From Actinomycetes bacterium (lineage in GTDB: Bacteria; Actinomycetota; Actinomycetes; S36-B12): DNA of 64,000 nucleotides. Below the pieces are notes generated by a model. It worked only from the letters and a program-made list of their open reading frames with translations, searched no databases and had not been told where the DNA came from. Made by a program: the position numbers and the translations under genes. Location: positions 2,386,623 to 2,450,622 of the forward strand of contig OZ257128.1 in the NCBI GenBank assembly GCA_965278945.1, read 5' to 3'. Positions 25,373 through 40,635 of the stretch are shown in pieces; the first letter of the stretch is position 1, and the number at the start of each line of letters is the position of its first letter.

Positions 25373-26202
25373 GGCGCAACTGTACCTTCCGGCGTCTCCC
25401 GACGATCCGCCGATTGCGAGGCGAGCGCGGCGCGGATGGTCGCAAGCTCCTCGCGGATCTGCGCCAGCTGCGCACCGACCTCGTCCTGCCCTGTCTCCTT
25501 GGCCCGGTCCGCGCGCGAGCCGATCACCCAGCTGACCATCTGCGCGGTGAACAAGCTGGCGCCGAGGACCGCACAGATGGCGACGATCGCCGCGAGGACC
25601 TTCCCGTCGTGGGTCTGCGGTATGTAGGTCTCGCCGTAGTTGATGCGAAGGAGGCTGCCGAAAGCCCAGTAGATGGCGTCCTTGGGTGACTTCAAGGTTG
25701 TGTCCGCCGACTGCTCGCTCTCGATCTCGACCATGCTCAGCGCGGCGAACACCCCGACGAACAGCACCAGCCCGAAGGAGAACAAGAACCCGTCCCCGGA
25801 CGAGTGGTAGCGCAGCTCGAGGATGTACGCGACGACAACCAGTCCGAAGGACATCGCCGGCCACCAGGAGATCCACAAGAACGCCGGGGCGATAAGGAGT
25901 ATCGGCAGGGACAGGTGCCGAGCGAGGTAATGCAGGCGATGGTCGTGGATGACCAGACCGCGCACGAAGACGAAGGCGATGACCAGCCACAGGACTGCCG
26001 CGCCGAACCACAAGATTGCGACGGTCGAGCCGTTCCAGTCGAAGAAGCCGCCCCACATGAACAAGATCGAGTACGCGGCAATCACGGACAGTCGCAGCGT
26101 CGACCGGAAGCCACGGGTGCTCATGAGGTCGAGTTCGCGGATGTGGCGGGCGCGCCTGCGGACCGCACGCGTGTGCTCCCGGCGCTCGGTCACGCCGGTC
26201 AC
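25369..26202 (-). CDS. Ion-channel family protein (K+-channel-like pore domain with degenerate filter RINYGE, C-terminal coiled-coil-like tail)
   Basis: 5-6 predicted TM helices. Pore helix plus filter DAIYWAFGSLLRINYGETYIPQT, then inner helix GKVLAAIVAICAVLGASLF. GTG start 26202; alternative ATG 26124. Confidence 0.7.
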   Translation of the reverse strand: MTGVTERREHTRAVRRRARHIRELDLMSTRGFRSTLRLSVIAAYSILFMWGGFFDWNGSTVAILWFGAAVLWLVIAFVFVRGLVIHDHRLHYLARHLSLPILLIAPAFLWISWWPAMSFGLVVVAYILELRYHSSGDGFLFSFGLVLFVGVFAALSMVEIESEQSADTTLKSPKDAIYWAFGSLLRINYGETYIPQTHDGKVLAAIVAICAVLGASLFTAQMVSWVIGSRADRAKETGQDEVGAQLAQIREELATIRAALASQSADRRETPEGTVAP

Positions 26203-26234
26203 TGTACTGACGGATGCGCCTCCACTGCCTCAAA

Positions 26235-26268
26235 ACAAGGAGGGGAGCCTCGCGGCTCCCCTCCTTGT
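26235..26268 (-). terminator. Intrinsic terminator after rpoC (15-bp stem ACAAGGAGGGGAGCC/GGCTCCCCTCCTTGT, 4-nt loop, TTTTG on the minus strand)
   Basis: Perfect stem read from sequence, 18 nt downstream of the rpoC stop, followed by a U-tract. Confidence 0.8.
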
Positions 26269-26285
26269 TGTCGTTGCTGTAGTCG

Positions 26286-30164
<3,879 letters not shown>

Positions 30165-30226
30165 GTGTGGTGTCCTTCGTTCGGTGTAGCTGTGGTTTCA
30201 GAGCGTGCTGGTGGAGCTGTGGCCGA

Positions 30227-33691
<3,465 letters not shown>

Positions 33692-33842
33692 GAGGTGTTC
33701 CTTCCACAGTGCGGCGGGACATCTGCTCTGCCGACCGGGACCGCTCACGCTTAGGAACCCTGAAGTTGTCAAGCCTGCGCCGAGTGGGCGCCGGATCAGG
33801 ACCGGTCAGGTTAGCGAGGGTAGGAGGGCAGCGCAAAGAAGC

Positions 33843-33872
33843 AGCATACCCGATGGGCACACCGCTGTCTAA
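33843..33872 (-). promoter_or_regulatory. Candidate sigma-A-type promoter for rpoBC (-35 TTAGAC, 18-nt spacer, -10 TATGCT on the minus strand)
   Basis: Hexamers read from sequence ~150 nt upstream of the proposed rpoB start. Motif match only. Confidence 0.25.
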
Positions 33873-34091
33873 CCGGGTGTCGGGCTTCGCTCGTCATCGA
33901 CCCGGTCCCGTGGCCTCGGCTGCGACAGCGGTACTGCGCCGGGCCGTACGGGTGGGTCCTCGTCGAGCGGGCCGGAGCCCCGGGACCAGCCGCGCGATTC
34001 GCATCGCACGCATGACGATGGTGACGGGGAAAGCCGGAAACGTCAAGCACCGACTGGGTTTTCCACCCCGGTGTGACCATCTCGTGACCGG

Positions 34092-34607
34092 GTGTACGAT
34101 ACATGCATGGTGCAAGCAAATACGACCTCCCCGGCCGGCTACTTCGCTGATGTCGCGCGTACCCGCGCCCTGTTCACCGACGCGGCCGAGAGCTCGGCGA
34201 TCGCCTCGGTTCTCGGCGCCCTGATCGACTTCATGTCGACGATGCGCCAGCGCCAGGCCGCCACGACCGGCACGGCGATGGCCCTCACCCGGCTGGCGGC
34301 GCACGGACCGATGCGCTCGGCGGATCTCGCCACCAGCTTGCTTCTTGACCAGTCCACGGTCAGCCGTCACGTGGCGCACCTGGAATCAGAAGGACTGGTC
34401 GAGCGGGTTCCCGTCGACGGTGATCGCCGAGCCCACTTGGTCCAACTCACTCCGGCCGGCGAGATCGCCGCCCACGACCACATCACGCAGAAAGTCGCCT
34501 CACTTGAAGGGGTTCTCAAATCCTGGTCTCGAGATGACCTCCAGACCTTCGCTCAGCTCCTGGACCGCTTCGCGCAAGGGCTAGTCAATGAAAGGCAAGA
34601 CGCATGA
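34092..34607 (+). CDS. MarR family transcriptional regulator
   Basis: Winged-HTH MRSADLATSLLLDQSTVSRHVAHLESEGLVERVPVDGDRRAHLVQLTPAG. Start is ambiguous (GTG 34092, ATG 34107). ATGA overlap with the downstream MFS gene. Confidence 0.88.
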   Translation: MYDTCMVQANTTSPAGYFADVARTRALFTDAAESSAIASVLGALIDFMSTMRQRQAATTGTAMALTRLAAHGPMRSADLATSLLLDQSTVSRHVAHLESEGLVERVPVDGDRRAHLVQLTPAGEIAAHDHITQKVASLEGVLKSWSRDDLQTFAQLLDRFAQGLVNERQDA

Positions 34608-36196
34608 GTCTGGACCCCGATCCCAGTACCACTGACAATCCCGAGGCGACGCTCATCGCCGAAGGAGCACCCGACCATGAGCTCATCCACGGCGGCCGCC
34701 TTGGCCTGACGATGTTCGCCCTCATGCTGACGATGTTCCTGGCGGCCCTCGACCAGACGATCGTCTCCACCGCACTCCCACGCATCACGAGTGACCTCAA
34801 CGGGCTGGGCCAGCTGTCCTGGGTCGTCACGGCCTATCTGCTGGCATCCACGGCCTCGACCCCGATCTGGGGCAAGATCTCCGACCTCTACGGACGCAAG
34901 ATCATGCTTCAGGCGGCGATCATCATCTTCCTGGTCGGCTCGCTGCTGGCCGGGGCATCCACGTCCATGGGCATGCTGATCGTCACGCGGGGTATCCAGG
35001 GACTCGGCGGCGGCGGACTGATCGTCCTCGTGATGGCCGTCATCGCCGACGTCATCCCGCCACGCGACCGCGGCAAGTACACCGGACTGTTCGGTGCGGT
35101 ATTCGCGGTGGCCAGCATTGCCGGTCCACTGCTCGGCGGCTTCTTCGTCGACAGCCTGACCTGGCGCTGGATCTTCTACATCAACATCCCGGTCGGCATC
35201 GCTGCCTTCCTCGTCATCACGACAGTTCTCCAGGTGCCCAAGCACAAGGTCCAGCACGTGATCGACTACCTCGGCGCGGCCCTGCTCGTCATCGGGGTTT
35301 GCTGCCTGCTGCTGATCTTCGAATGGGGCGGAGCTCGCTACTCGTGGACCTCCCCGCAGATCATCGGCATGACCCTCCTGACGGTCGCGCTGCTGCTGGC
35401 CTTCGTCCTGCGCCAGCTGCGCGTGTCCGAGCCGATCGTGCCGATGGCCCTGTTCCGCAACGGCGTGTTCCGCACGACCAGCGTCATCGGCTTCATCGTC
35501 GGACTGGCGATGTTCGGCGCGATCGTCTTCATGCCGCTGTTCTTGCAGGTGGTCCAGGGGGCGACTCCAACCGAGGCCGGACTCGAACTGCTGCCGATGA
35601 TGGCTGGCCTGCTCGTCGCCTCGATCGTGTCTGGTCGCCTGATCTCACGACTGGGTCGCTACAAGATCTTCCCCGTGATCGGTACGGCCCTGGCCGCGAT
35701 CGGCATGTTCATGCTGTCCACGACCAAGGTCGACACGCCCTACTGGCAGATCGCGCTGGCGCTGCTCGTCCTGGGCCTGGGTATCGGCAACGTGATGCAG
35801 GTGCTCATCATCGCCGTGCAGAACTCGGTCAACCCCAAGGACGTCGGCGTCGCGACGAGCGGCTCGACCTTCTTCCGCTCGGTGGGCGGGACGATCGGCA
35901 CGGCGCTGTTCGGTGCCGTGATGACCGCGCGGCTGGCGTCCGAGCTGTCGAGCAACCTGCCTGCAGGGTCCGGGAGCGAAGCGCAGATCTCGGGCATCAC
36001 GAGCGCGATGTCCAACATCGCCGCCCTGCCGGACACGATCAGGCCGATCGTGCTGGAGTCGTTCACGTCCTCGCTCAGCACGGTGTTCCTGGCCGCGGTG
36101 CCTATCCTCATCGTCGCCTTCGTGTTCTCGCTGTTCCTCAAGGACGTGAGGCTGCGCGGCGCGAACTCCGACCATCCGGCCGTGATGGGCGAGTAG
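34604..36196 (+). CDS. MFS transporter, DHA2 (EmrB/QacA-like, 14-TMS) drug:H+ antiporter family
   Basis: 530 aa. LAALDQTIVSTALPRITSDLNG, WGKISDLYGRKIM, GIQGLGGGGL motifs typical of DHA2. Confidence 0.88.
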   Translation: MSLDPDPSTTDNPEATLIAEGAPDHELIHGGRLGLTMFALMLTMFLAALDQTIVSTALPRITSDLNGLGQLSWVVTAYLLASTASTPIWGKISDLYGRKIMLQAAIIIFLVGSLLAGASTSMGMLIVTRGIQGLGGGGLIVLVMAVIADVIPPRDRGKYTGLFGAVFAVASIAGPLLGGFFVDSLTWRWIFYINIPVGIAAFLVITTVLQVPKHKVQHVIDYLGAALLVIGVCCLLLIFEWGGARYSWTSPQIIGMTLLTVALLLAFVLRQLRVSEPIVPMALFRNGVFRTTSVIGFIVGLAMFGAIVFMPLFLQVVQGATPTEAGLELLPMMAGLLVASIVSGRLISRLGRYKIFPVIGTALAAIGMFMLSTTKVDTPYWQIALALLVLGLGIGNVMQVLIIAVQNSVNPKDVGVATSGSTFFRSVGGTIGTALFGAVMTARLASELSSNLPAGSGSEAQISGITSAMSNIAALPDTIRPIVLESFTSSLSTVFLAAVPILIVAFVFSLFLKDVRLRGANSDHPAVMGE

Positions 36197-36215
36197 CACC
36201 GGCCAGAAAACAAGA

Positions 36216-36248
36216 AAGAAGGGCGGCCCCAGTGGGGCCGCCCTTCTT
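36216..36248. terminator. Bidirectional terminator between the convergent MFS gene and rplL (15-bp perfect stem AAGAAGGGCGGCCCC/GGGGCCGCCCTTCTT, 3-nt loop)
   Basis: Read from sequence; U-tract (CTTGTTTTC) follows on the minus strand. Confidence 0.85.
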
Positions 36249-36262
36249 CGTGTCGTGCGTGC

Positions 36263-36649
36263 TTACTTGACGGTGACCTTGGCGCCGGCGCCCTCGAGGG
36301 TCTCCTTGGCCTTCTCTGCGGCCTCCTTGGTGACCTTCTCCAGAACGGCCTTCGGTGCTGCCTCGACCAGGTCCTTGGCCTCCTTGAGACCGAGGTTGGT
36401 GAGTGCGCGCACCTCCTTGATCACGGGGATCTTGTTCTCGCCAGCAGCCTCGAGGATGACGTCGAACTCATCCTGCTCGGCCTCGGCCTCGCCACCGCCA
36501 GCGGCGGGGCCAGCTGCTGCAGCCACGGCGACCGGGGCTGCTGCGGTGACGTCGAACGTCTCCTCGAACTGCTTCACGAACTCGGAGAGCTCAAGCAGCG
36601 TCATTTCCTTGAACGCGTCGAGAAGCTCATCGGTGCTCAACTTCGCCAT
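36263..36649 (-). CDS. rplL: 50S ribosomal protein L7/L12
   Basis: [34 protein letters not shown]...[19 protein letters not shown]. Confidence 0.98.
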   Translation of the reverse strand: MAKLSTDELLDAFKEMTLLELSEFVKQFEETFDVTAAAPVAVAAAAGPAAGGGEAEAEQDEFDVILEAAGENKIPVIKEVRALTNLGLKEAKDLVEAAPKAVLEKVTKEAAEKAKETLEGAGAKVTVK

Positions 36650-36697
36650 GGTGGCGTCCTTTCGGGTAAATCCGGCCGAGGGCCGGGTGGGTGGGCC

Positions 36698-37366
36698 TCA
36701 GCCCTCGGTGGTGGTGTCCTCGACGGCAGGCGTCTCGGTCTGTGATGCGGTCTCGGCGGGTGCCTCGACTGCGGTCTCCTCGGCGACAGGCGCCTCGGGT
36801 GCTTCTGATGCCGGGGATGCCTCGGCCGGAGCCGCGGCAGCCTGGGCGGGATCAGCTTCGAGCTTGACCTGCAGCGCGCCGAGGGCGCGAGCGGTCTTGG
36901 CCAGCGGGGCGGCGAACAGCGCGGCAGCCTGAGACTGCTTTGCCGTCATTGCGCCTGCGAGCTTGGACAGGAGAACCTCGCGCGACTCGAGGTCGGCGAT
37001 CTTGTTGATGTCTGCTGCGCTGAGCGCCGCACCATCCATGTAGCCGCCCTTGATGACCAGGGCGGGGTTCTCCTTGGAGAAGTTGCGGATCGCCTTCGCC
37101 GCGTCGACCGCGTCGCCACGAACGAACGCGATAGCGCTCGGTCCGGCCAGGAGGTCGTCGACGCCGGAGACGCCGGCTTCCTTTGCTGCGATCTTCGTCA
37201 AGGTGTTCTTGACGACCGCGTATGTGACGGTGGATCCGAGCGTACGACGCAGCGTCTTGAGCTGCGCGACGGTCAGGCCGCGGTACTCGGTGAGCACTGC
37301 CGCATTGGAATTGCGGAAGTGCTCGGTGAGCTCGGCGACGGAACTCGCCTTGTCCGGCCGTGCCAT
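36698..37366 (-). CDS. rplJ: 50S ribosomal protein L10 with ~55-aa acidic Ala/Pro/Glu/Thr-rich C-terminal tail
   Basis: Start ATG 37366: [41 protein letters not shown]... Confidence 0.95.
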   Translation of the reverse strand: MARPDKASSVAELTEHFRNSNAAVLTEYRGLTVAQLKTLRRTLGSTVTYAVVKNTLTKIAAKEAGVSGVDDLLAGPSAIAFVRGDAVDAAKAIRNFSKENPALVIKGGYMDGAALSAADINKIADLESREVLLSKLAGAMTAKQSQAAALFAAPLAKTARALGALQVKLEADPAQAAAAPAEASPASEAPEAPVAEETAVEAPAETASQTETPAVEDTTTEG

Positions 37367-37578
37367 GGGGCTCCCTTCGTTTCGCCCCACGAATGCAGAA
37401 CGCCCCGGCGCAGGCGCACGGGGCGGGTCTGGTGGCGCAGAGCGCCACCGACTGTCTCGGTCACCTACGCGGGTCGTCCGCTTTCGCGGAACCTTCAGCC
37501 AGCGGCAGTTGCCTGTCGCCGGCGACCAGCGGTCTTCGGTGAGAACAGGTTACGGGCCTGCCCGTCCCCGGGCAAATC
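37367..37578 (-). promoter_or_regulatory. rplJ 5' leader/promoter region, truncated on its upstream side by the IS30 element
   Basis: 212-nt GC-rich untranslated region with hairpins, e.g. GGTGGCGC-TCT-GCGCCACC and CCGCGAAAGCGG. Hexamers TTGCCC-17 nt-TAACCT (37575-37547, minus strand) abut the IS end. Leader function is inferred from L10 autoregulation in other bacteria. Confidence 0.35.
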
Positions 37579-38788
37579 CCCTCCCGATTTGAACCGCCTT
37601 CCGGGTCAAATCGGTGTTCTGGGGGCTGATCGGGGCGCGAAAGCCGGCGGTCTCAACTGGTTGTTGCACCGGGATGGTGCGATAGCTGGCTGGGAGGTTG
37701 TCATGGCGGGTGCACGGCTGAGTGAGCATGACCGGGGTGTGATCGAGCGGGGCCTGCGCCAGGGTCTGAGTGTTCCGCAGATCGCGGCGGTGATCGGGCG
37801 GCATCGCACGACGGTCACGCGGGAGATCAATCGCGGTGCTGGTGGGCGGTCGTGGCGTGTCCCGCAGCGCAAGGCGGTCGGCGAGGTTCGCCCGGGCCGG
37901 CGGCCGCGGTATCGGGCGGCGGTGGCTCATCGGCGGGCGACCGTGCGTGCCCGGCGCCCCAAGCCGTTCACGCTGACCGGTCCGCTGGCGTTGGTGGTGT
38001 CCGGGCTGCTGGGCGCGAACTGGTCACCGCAGCAGGTGGCGGCGTTGTTGCCAGCGCTGTTCCCGCGCGACAAGGCTATGCGGGTGAGCCACGAGACGAT
38101 CTACCGTTCGCTGTTCGTGCAGACCCGAGGCGAGCTGCGCCGCGAGCTGACCGCTCACCTGCGCACGGGCCGCACCACGCGCAAGCCCCACGGCGGCAAG
38201 CAGTATCGAGGCAAGCTGACCGGGATGATCCCGATCAGCGCCCGGCCCGCCGAGGTCACCGACCGCGCGGTTCCCGGCCACTGGGAAGGAGACCTGCTCC
38301 TGGGCGGTGTCGGCAAGGGCGCGGTGATCACCCTGGTCGAGCGGACCACCCGGTTCGTGCTCCTGGCCCCGCTGCCGGACACCCACAAGGCCATCGACCT
38401 GCGCGAGGTCCTGACCCCCATCATCGCCTCGCTGCCCGACCAGATCCGCAGGACACTGACCTGGGACCAGGGCAAGGAGATGGCCGAGCACGCCGGCATC
38501 GCGATCGACGCCGACATCGACATCTACTTCGCCGACCCCCACTCACCGTGGCAGCGCGGATCCAATGAGAACACCAACGGACTGCTACGCCAGTACTGGC
38601 CCAAGGGAGCCGACCTGCGCCACCTGACCCAGGCCGACTGCGACACCGTGGCCCTCAGCTTGAACACCCGCCCCCGCCAAACCCTCGGATGGCAGACTCC
38701 CCAACAGGCCCTCCACCGGGCCCTCGGTGCAACAGCCGCTTGAAACCGCCGCCAGATTTGACCCGGGAGGCGGTTCAAATCCGGGGGG
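37579..38788 (+). mobile_element. IS30-family insertion sequence (~1.2 kb) with imperfect terminal inverted repeats
   Basis: IRL core 37586-37612 is GATTTGAACCGCCTTCCGGGTCAAATC. IRR core 38755-38781 has reverse complement GATTTGAACCGCCTCCCGGGTCAAATC (26/27 match). Weaker C-rich extension out to 37579 and 38788. Encloses a single IS30 transposase gene. No target duplication recognised. Confidence 0.85.
37703..38743 (+). CDS. IS30 family transposase
   Basis: N-terminal HTH LSVPQIAAVIGRHRTTVTREINRG. DDE-region hallmarks GHWEGDLL, TLTWDQGKEM, HSPWQRGSNENTNGLLRQYWPKG. ATG 37703 with GGGAGG 6 nt upstream. Confidence 0.92.
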   Translation: MAGARLSEHDRGVIERGLRQGLSVPQIAAVIGRHRTTVTREINRGAGGRSWRVPQRKAVGEVRPGRRPRYRAAVAHRRATVRARRPKPFTLTGPLALVVSGLLGANWSPQQVAALLPALFPRDKAMRVSHETIYRSLFVQTRGELRRELTAHLRTGRTTRKPHGGKQYRGKLTGMIPISARPAEVTDRAVPGHWEGDLLLGGVGKGAVITLVERTTRFVLLAPLPDTHKAIDLREVLTPIIASLPDQIRRTLTWDQGKEMAEHAGIAIDADIDIYFADPHSPWQRGSNENTNGLLRQYWPKGADLRHLTQADCDTVALSLNTRPRQTLGWQTPQQALHRALGATAA

Positions 38789-38818
38789 CGGGACACAGCG
38801 AGACGCGGCGGGACAAAG

Positions 38819-38852
38819 GAAGGGGGCGGGTGATTTCTCACCCGCCCCCTTC
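38819..38852. terminator. Hairpin terminator 3' of the hydrolase gene (15-bp stem GAAGGGGGCGGGTGA/TCACCCGCCCCCTTC, 4-nt loop)
   Basis: Perfect stem read from sequence, 17 nt beyond the minus-strand stop at 38869. Lies between the IS end and the hydrolase gene. Confidence 0.7.
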
Positions 38853-38868
38853 ACCGACTATCGCTCGA

Positions 38869-40635
38869 CTAGCGAGCCAGGGCCGGGTGCTGCAGCGGCT
38901 CGGGCTCGAAGAAGCCGTCACCGTTCACACCAGGCGTGAGCCACATGGTGTGGTTGATCTTCTTGATATCGCCCGCGGTCTTGGCGTTGCTCATCGAGTT
39001 GAGCGCGGCAACCGCGTTGATCCACTGGACCTGGCTGTCCATCGAGAAGACGCAGTGTCCAACGCCGCTGCCATTGAGCTTGGCCACGGACAATGCCGTG
39101 TCAGGCGCCTTGGCTCCGGGCAGGAATGACGTCCAGCCATCCTCAGGAGGCGAGGTGTAGAACTGCGAGGACCGCAGCAGCACACCCTGCTTCTTCGCAC
39201 TCGCCGCAAGCAGCTTGTGGAACTCAAAGGAGTTGCCCGCCGGCACGATGGAGTCGTACGTGGTCGACAAGAACACTGTTGGCACCGAGTACTTGCCGGT
39301 CGGGGCCGGAAGGGACTTGACGGCCGAGACCGCTGCGGGGTTGGCCGGGAAGCGAACCGTCGCGTTGCCCTTCGATGCGTCGAGCGTTCCCAGCATGACC
39401 TTGAGCACGCCGCCGGCGATTGCCGTCGATGCGTTCAGGGTGTCGCCGAACTCGCCGGACTGCTCGGGAGTGAGCAGGTTGGTGTACGAGACCTCAACGT
39501 TGTCGTTGAAGTTCGCCGACTCCGTCGCCGGGATCGAGGCGATCGCACGTGCGCGCTGCTCGAGCTCGTAACGGCCGAGGATGCCCAGAGCAGCGGCCCC
39601 TCCGACGTTCTGCAGCATTGCCACGGTCGAGCTAGCACCGGCGGTAACCGGCGAGTAGCCCTGAGCCGACGCCGCGCTCGGTGCCGCTGCCGGGCCAATG
39701 GCCGGGTTGGCAGCGAGAGTCGCGATGATCGGGTTGACGGTGATGCCGTCGTAGACCGCCGACTTGGTCGGCAGTCCGCCCAGGAGGCCGGCCAGCAGGT
39801 TGGCCTGCGCGGTCGGGAACTTGGCGGCCGAGATCGGGTTGGTCGCGACCGAGTTCAACGTTCCCAGGACCGTCGCCAGATCGCTCAGTGCCTGCGGGTA
39901 GCTCTGGTAGTTAGCCACTCGCAGCGTGGGAGCAATCAGGGTCTTCCAGGTGAACATCACGGACATCGCCGTGTTGAACGCCTGCTCCGGGCCCATGAGG
40001 ACACCGCAGGCCGGCAGCGAGCCGGCGATCTTCGACGGGTTGCGCTCGGCGATCGTCTGGCTGATGAGTCCGCCAAGAGACGAACCCCAGACCAGGACCT
40101 TCTTCACGCCCGGGATGGCGCCAGCCTCGATGTGCGCCAGCATGGTCTCCCCTGCTTGCACACCCTCGGCCGTTGCCCAGCCCTGCTTCGCGTAACCGGT
40201 TCCGGCGAGGGCGTAGCCCTGCGCGAGAAGGTTGGTTGCGACGGTCGTATTCGGGGCAACGTCGGCGCTGTTGCCGCCCATGAAGGCGACATCGGAGCCA
40301 AAGGCGGCCGCGAATGACGGGACCGACAGCCTGACGGCGGTCGGATCCGTCGTCAGGCCCAGCGGGGCCGCGAGGGCTGCCGGGACGGGGGTACCGATCC
40401 GGTAGCCATGCGAGTACAGGAGCACGGTGCCGTTGAAGTTCGCGGGCATCATGATCTTGCCGGGGCTCACACCGAGCGACCCGTTCAGGGACACGTCACA
40501 CGTGGCTCCCGCTGCACACGCATCGACCGCGCTTGCCGACGTTGCGGTCATCGGCAGGGCGACGACCACGAGGCCAGCGGTAGCTACTGCCGCGACGAGG
40601 CGACGGTTGACAGACATTCTCATATTCGTCCTCAT
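38869..40635 (-). CDS. Secreted alpha/beta-hydrolase-fold protein (~588 aa) of unknown specificity
   Basis: Signal peptide MRTNMRMSVNRRLVAAVATAGLVVVALPMTATSASA|VD. Oxyanion-like LLYSHGY. Nucleophile elbow VWGSSLGGL (GxSxG, 40072-40086). C-terminal GSGVGHCVF (candidate His). ATG 40635 overlaps the upstream stop (ATGA); alternative ATGs at 40623 and 40617. Confidence 0.7.
   Translation of the reverse strand: MRTNMRMSVNRRLVAAVATAGLVVVALPMTATSASAVDACAAGATCDVSLNGSLGVSPGKIMMPANFNGTVLLYSHGYRIGTPVPAALAAPLGLTTDPTAVRLSVPSFAAAFGSDVAFMGGNSADVAPNTTVATNLLAQGYALAGTGYAKQGWATAEGVQAGETMLAHIEAGAIPGVKKVLVWGSSLGGLISQTIAERNPSKIAGSLPACGVLMGPEQAFNTAMSVMFTWKTLIAPTLRVANYQSYPQALSDLATVLGTLNSVATNPISAAKFPTAQANLLAGLLGGLPTKSAVYDGITVNPIIATLAANPAIGPAAAPSAASAQGYSPVTAGASSTVAMLQNVGGAAALGILGRYELEQRARAIASIPATESANFNDNVEVSYTNLLTPEQSGEFGDTLNASTAIAGGVLKVMLGTLDASKGNATVRFPANPAAVSAVKSLPAPTGKYSVPTVFLSTTYDSIVPAGNSFEFHKLLAASAKKQGVLLRSSQFYTSPPEDGWTSFLPGAKAPDTALSVAKLNGSGVGHCVFSMDSQVQWINAVAALNSMSNAKTAGDIKKINHTMWLTPGVNGDGFFEPEPLQHPALAR

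Noticed and set aside
37319-37702. N-terminal 128-codon extension of the transposase ORF
   Set aside because: The extension runs through the rplJ start, the rplJ leader and the IS terminal repeat. IS30 transposases begin at the HTH, which here starts at ATG 37703 with a good Shine-Dalgarno sequence.
37560-38800. Target-site duplication flanking the IS30 element
   Set aside because: I could not find matching 2-3 bp or longer direct repeats outside the inverted repeats. The exact IS ends are uncertain by a few bp because the outer C-rich extension is imperfect.
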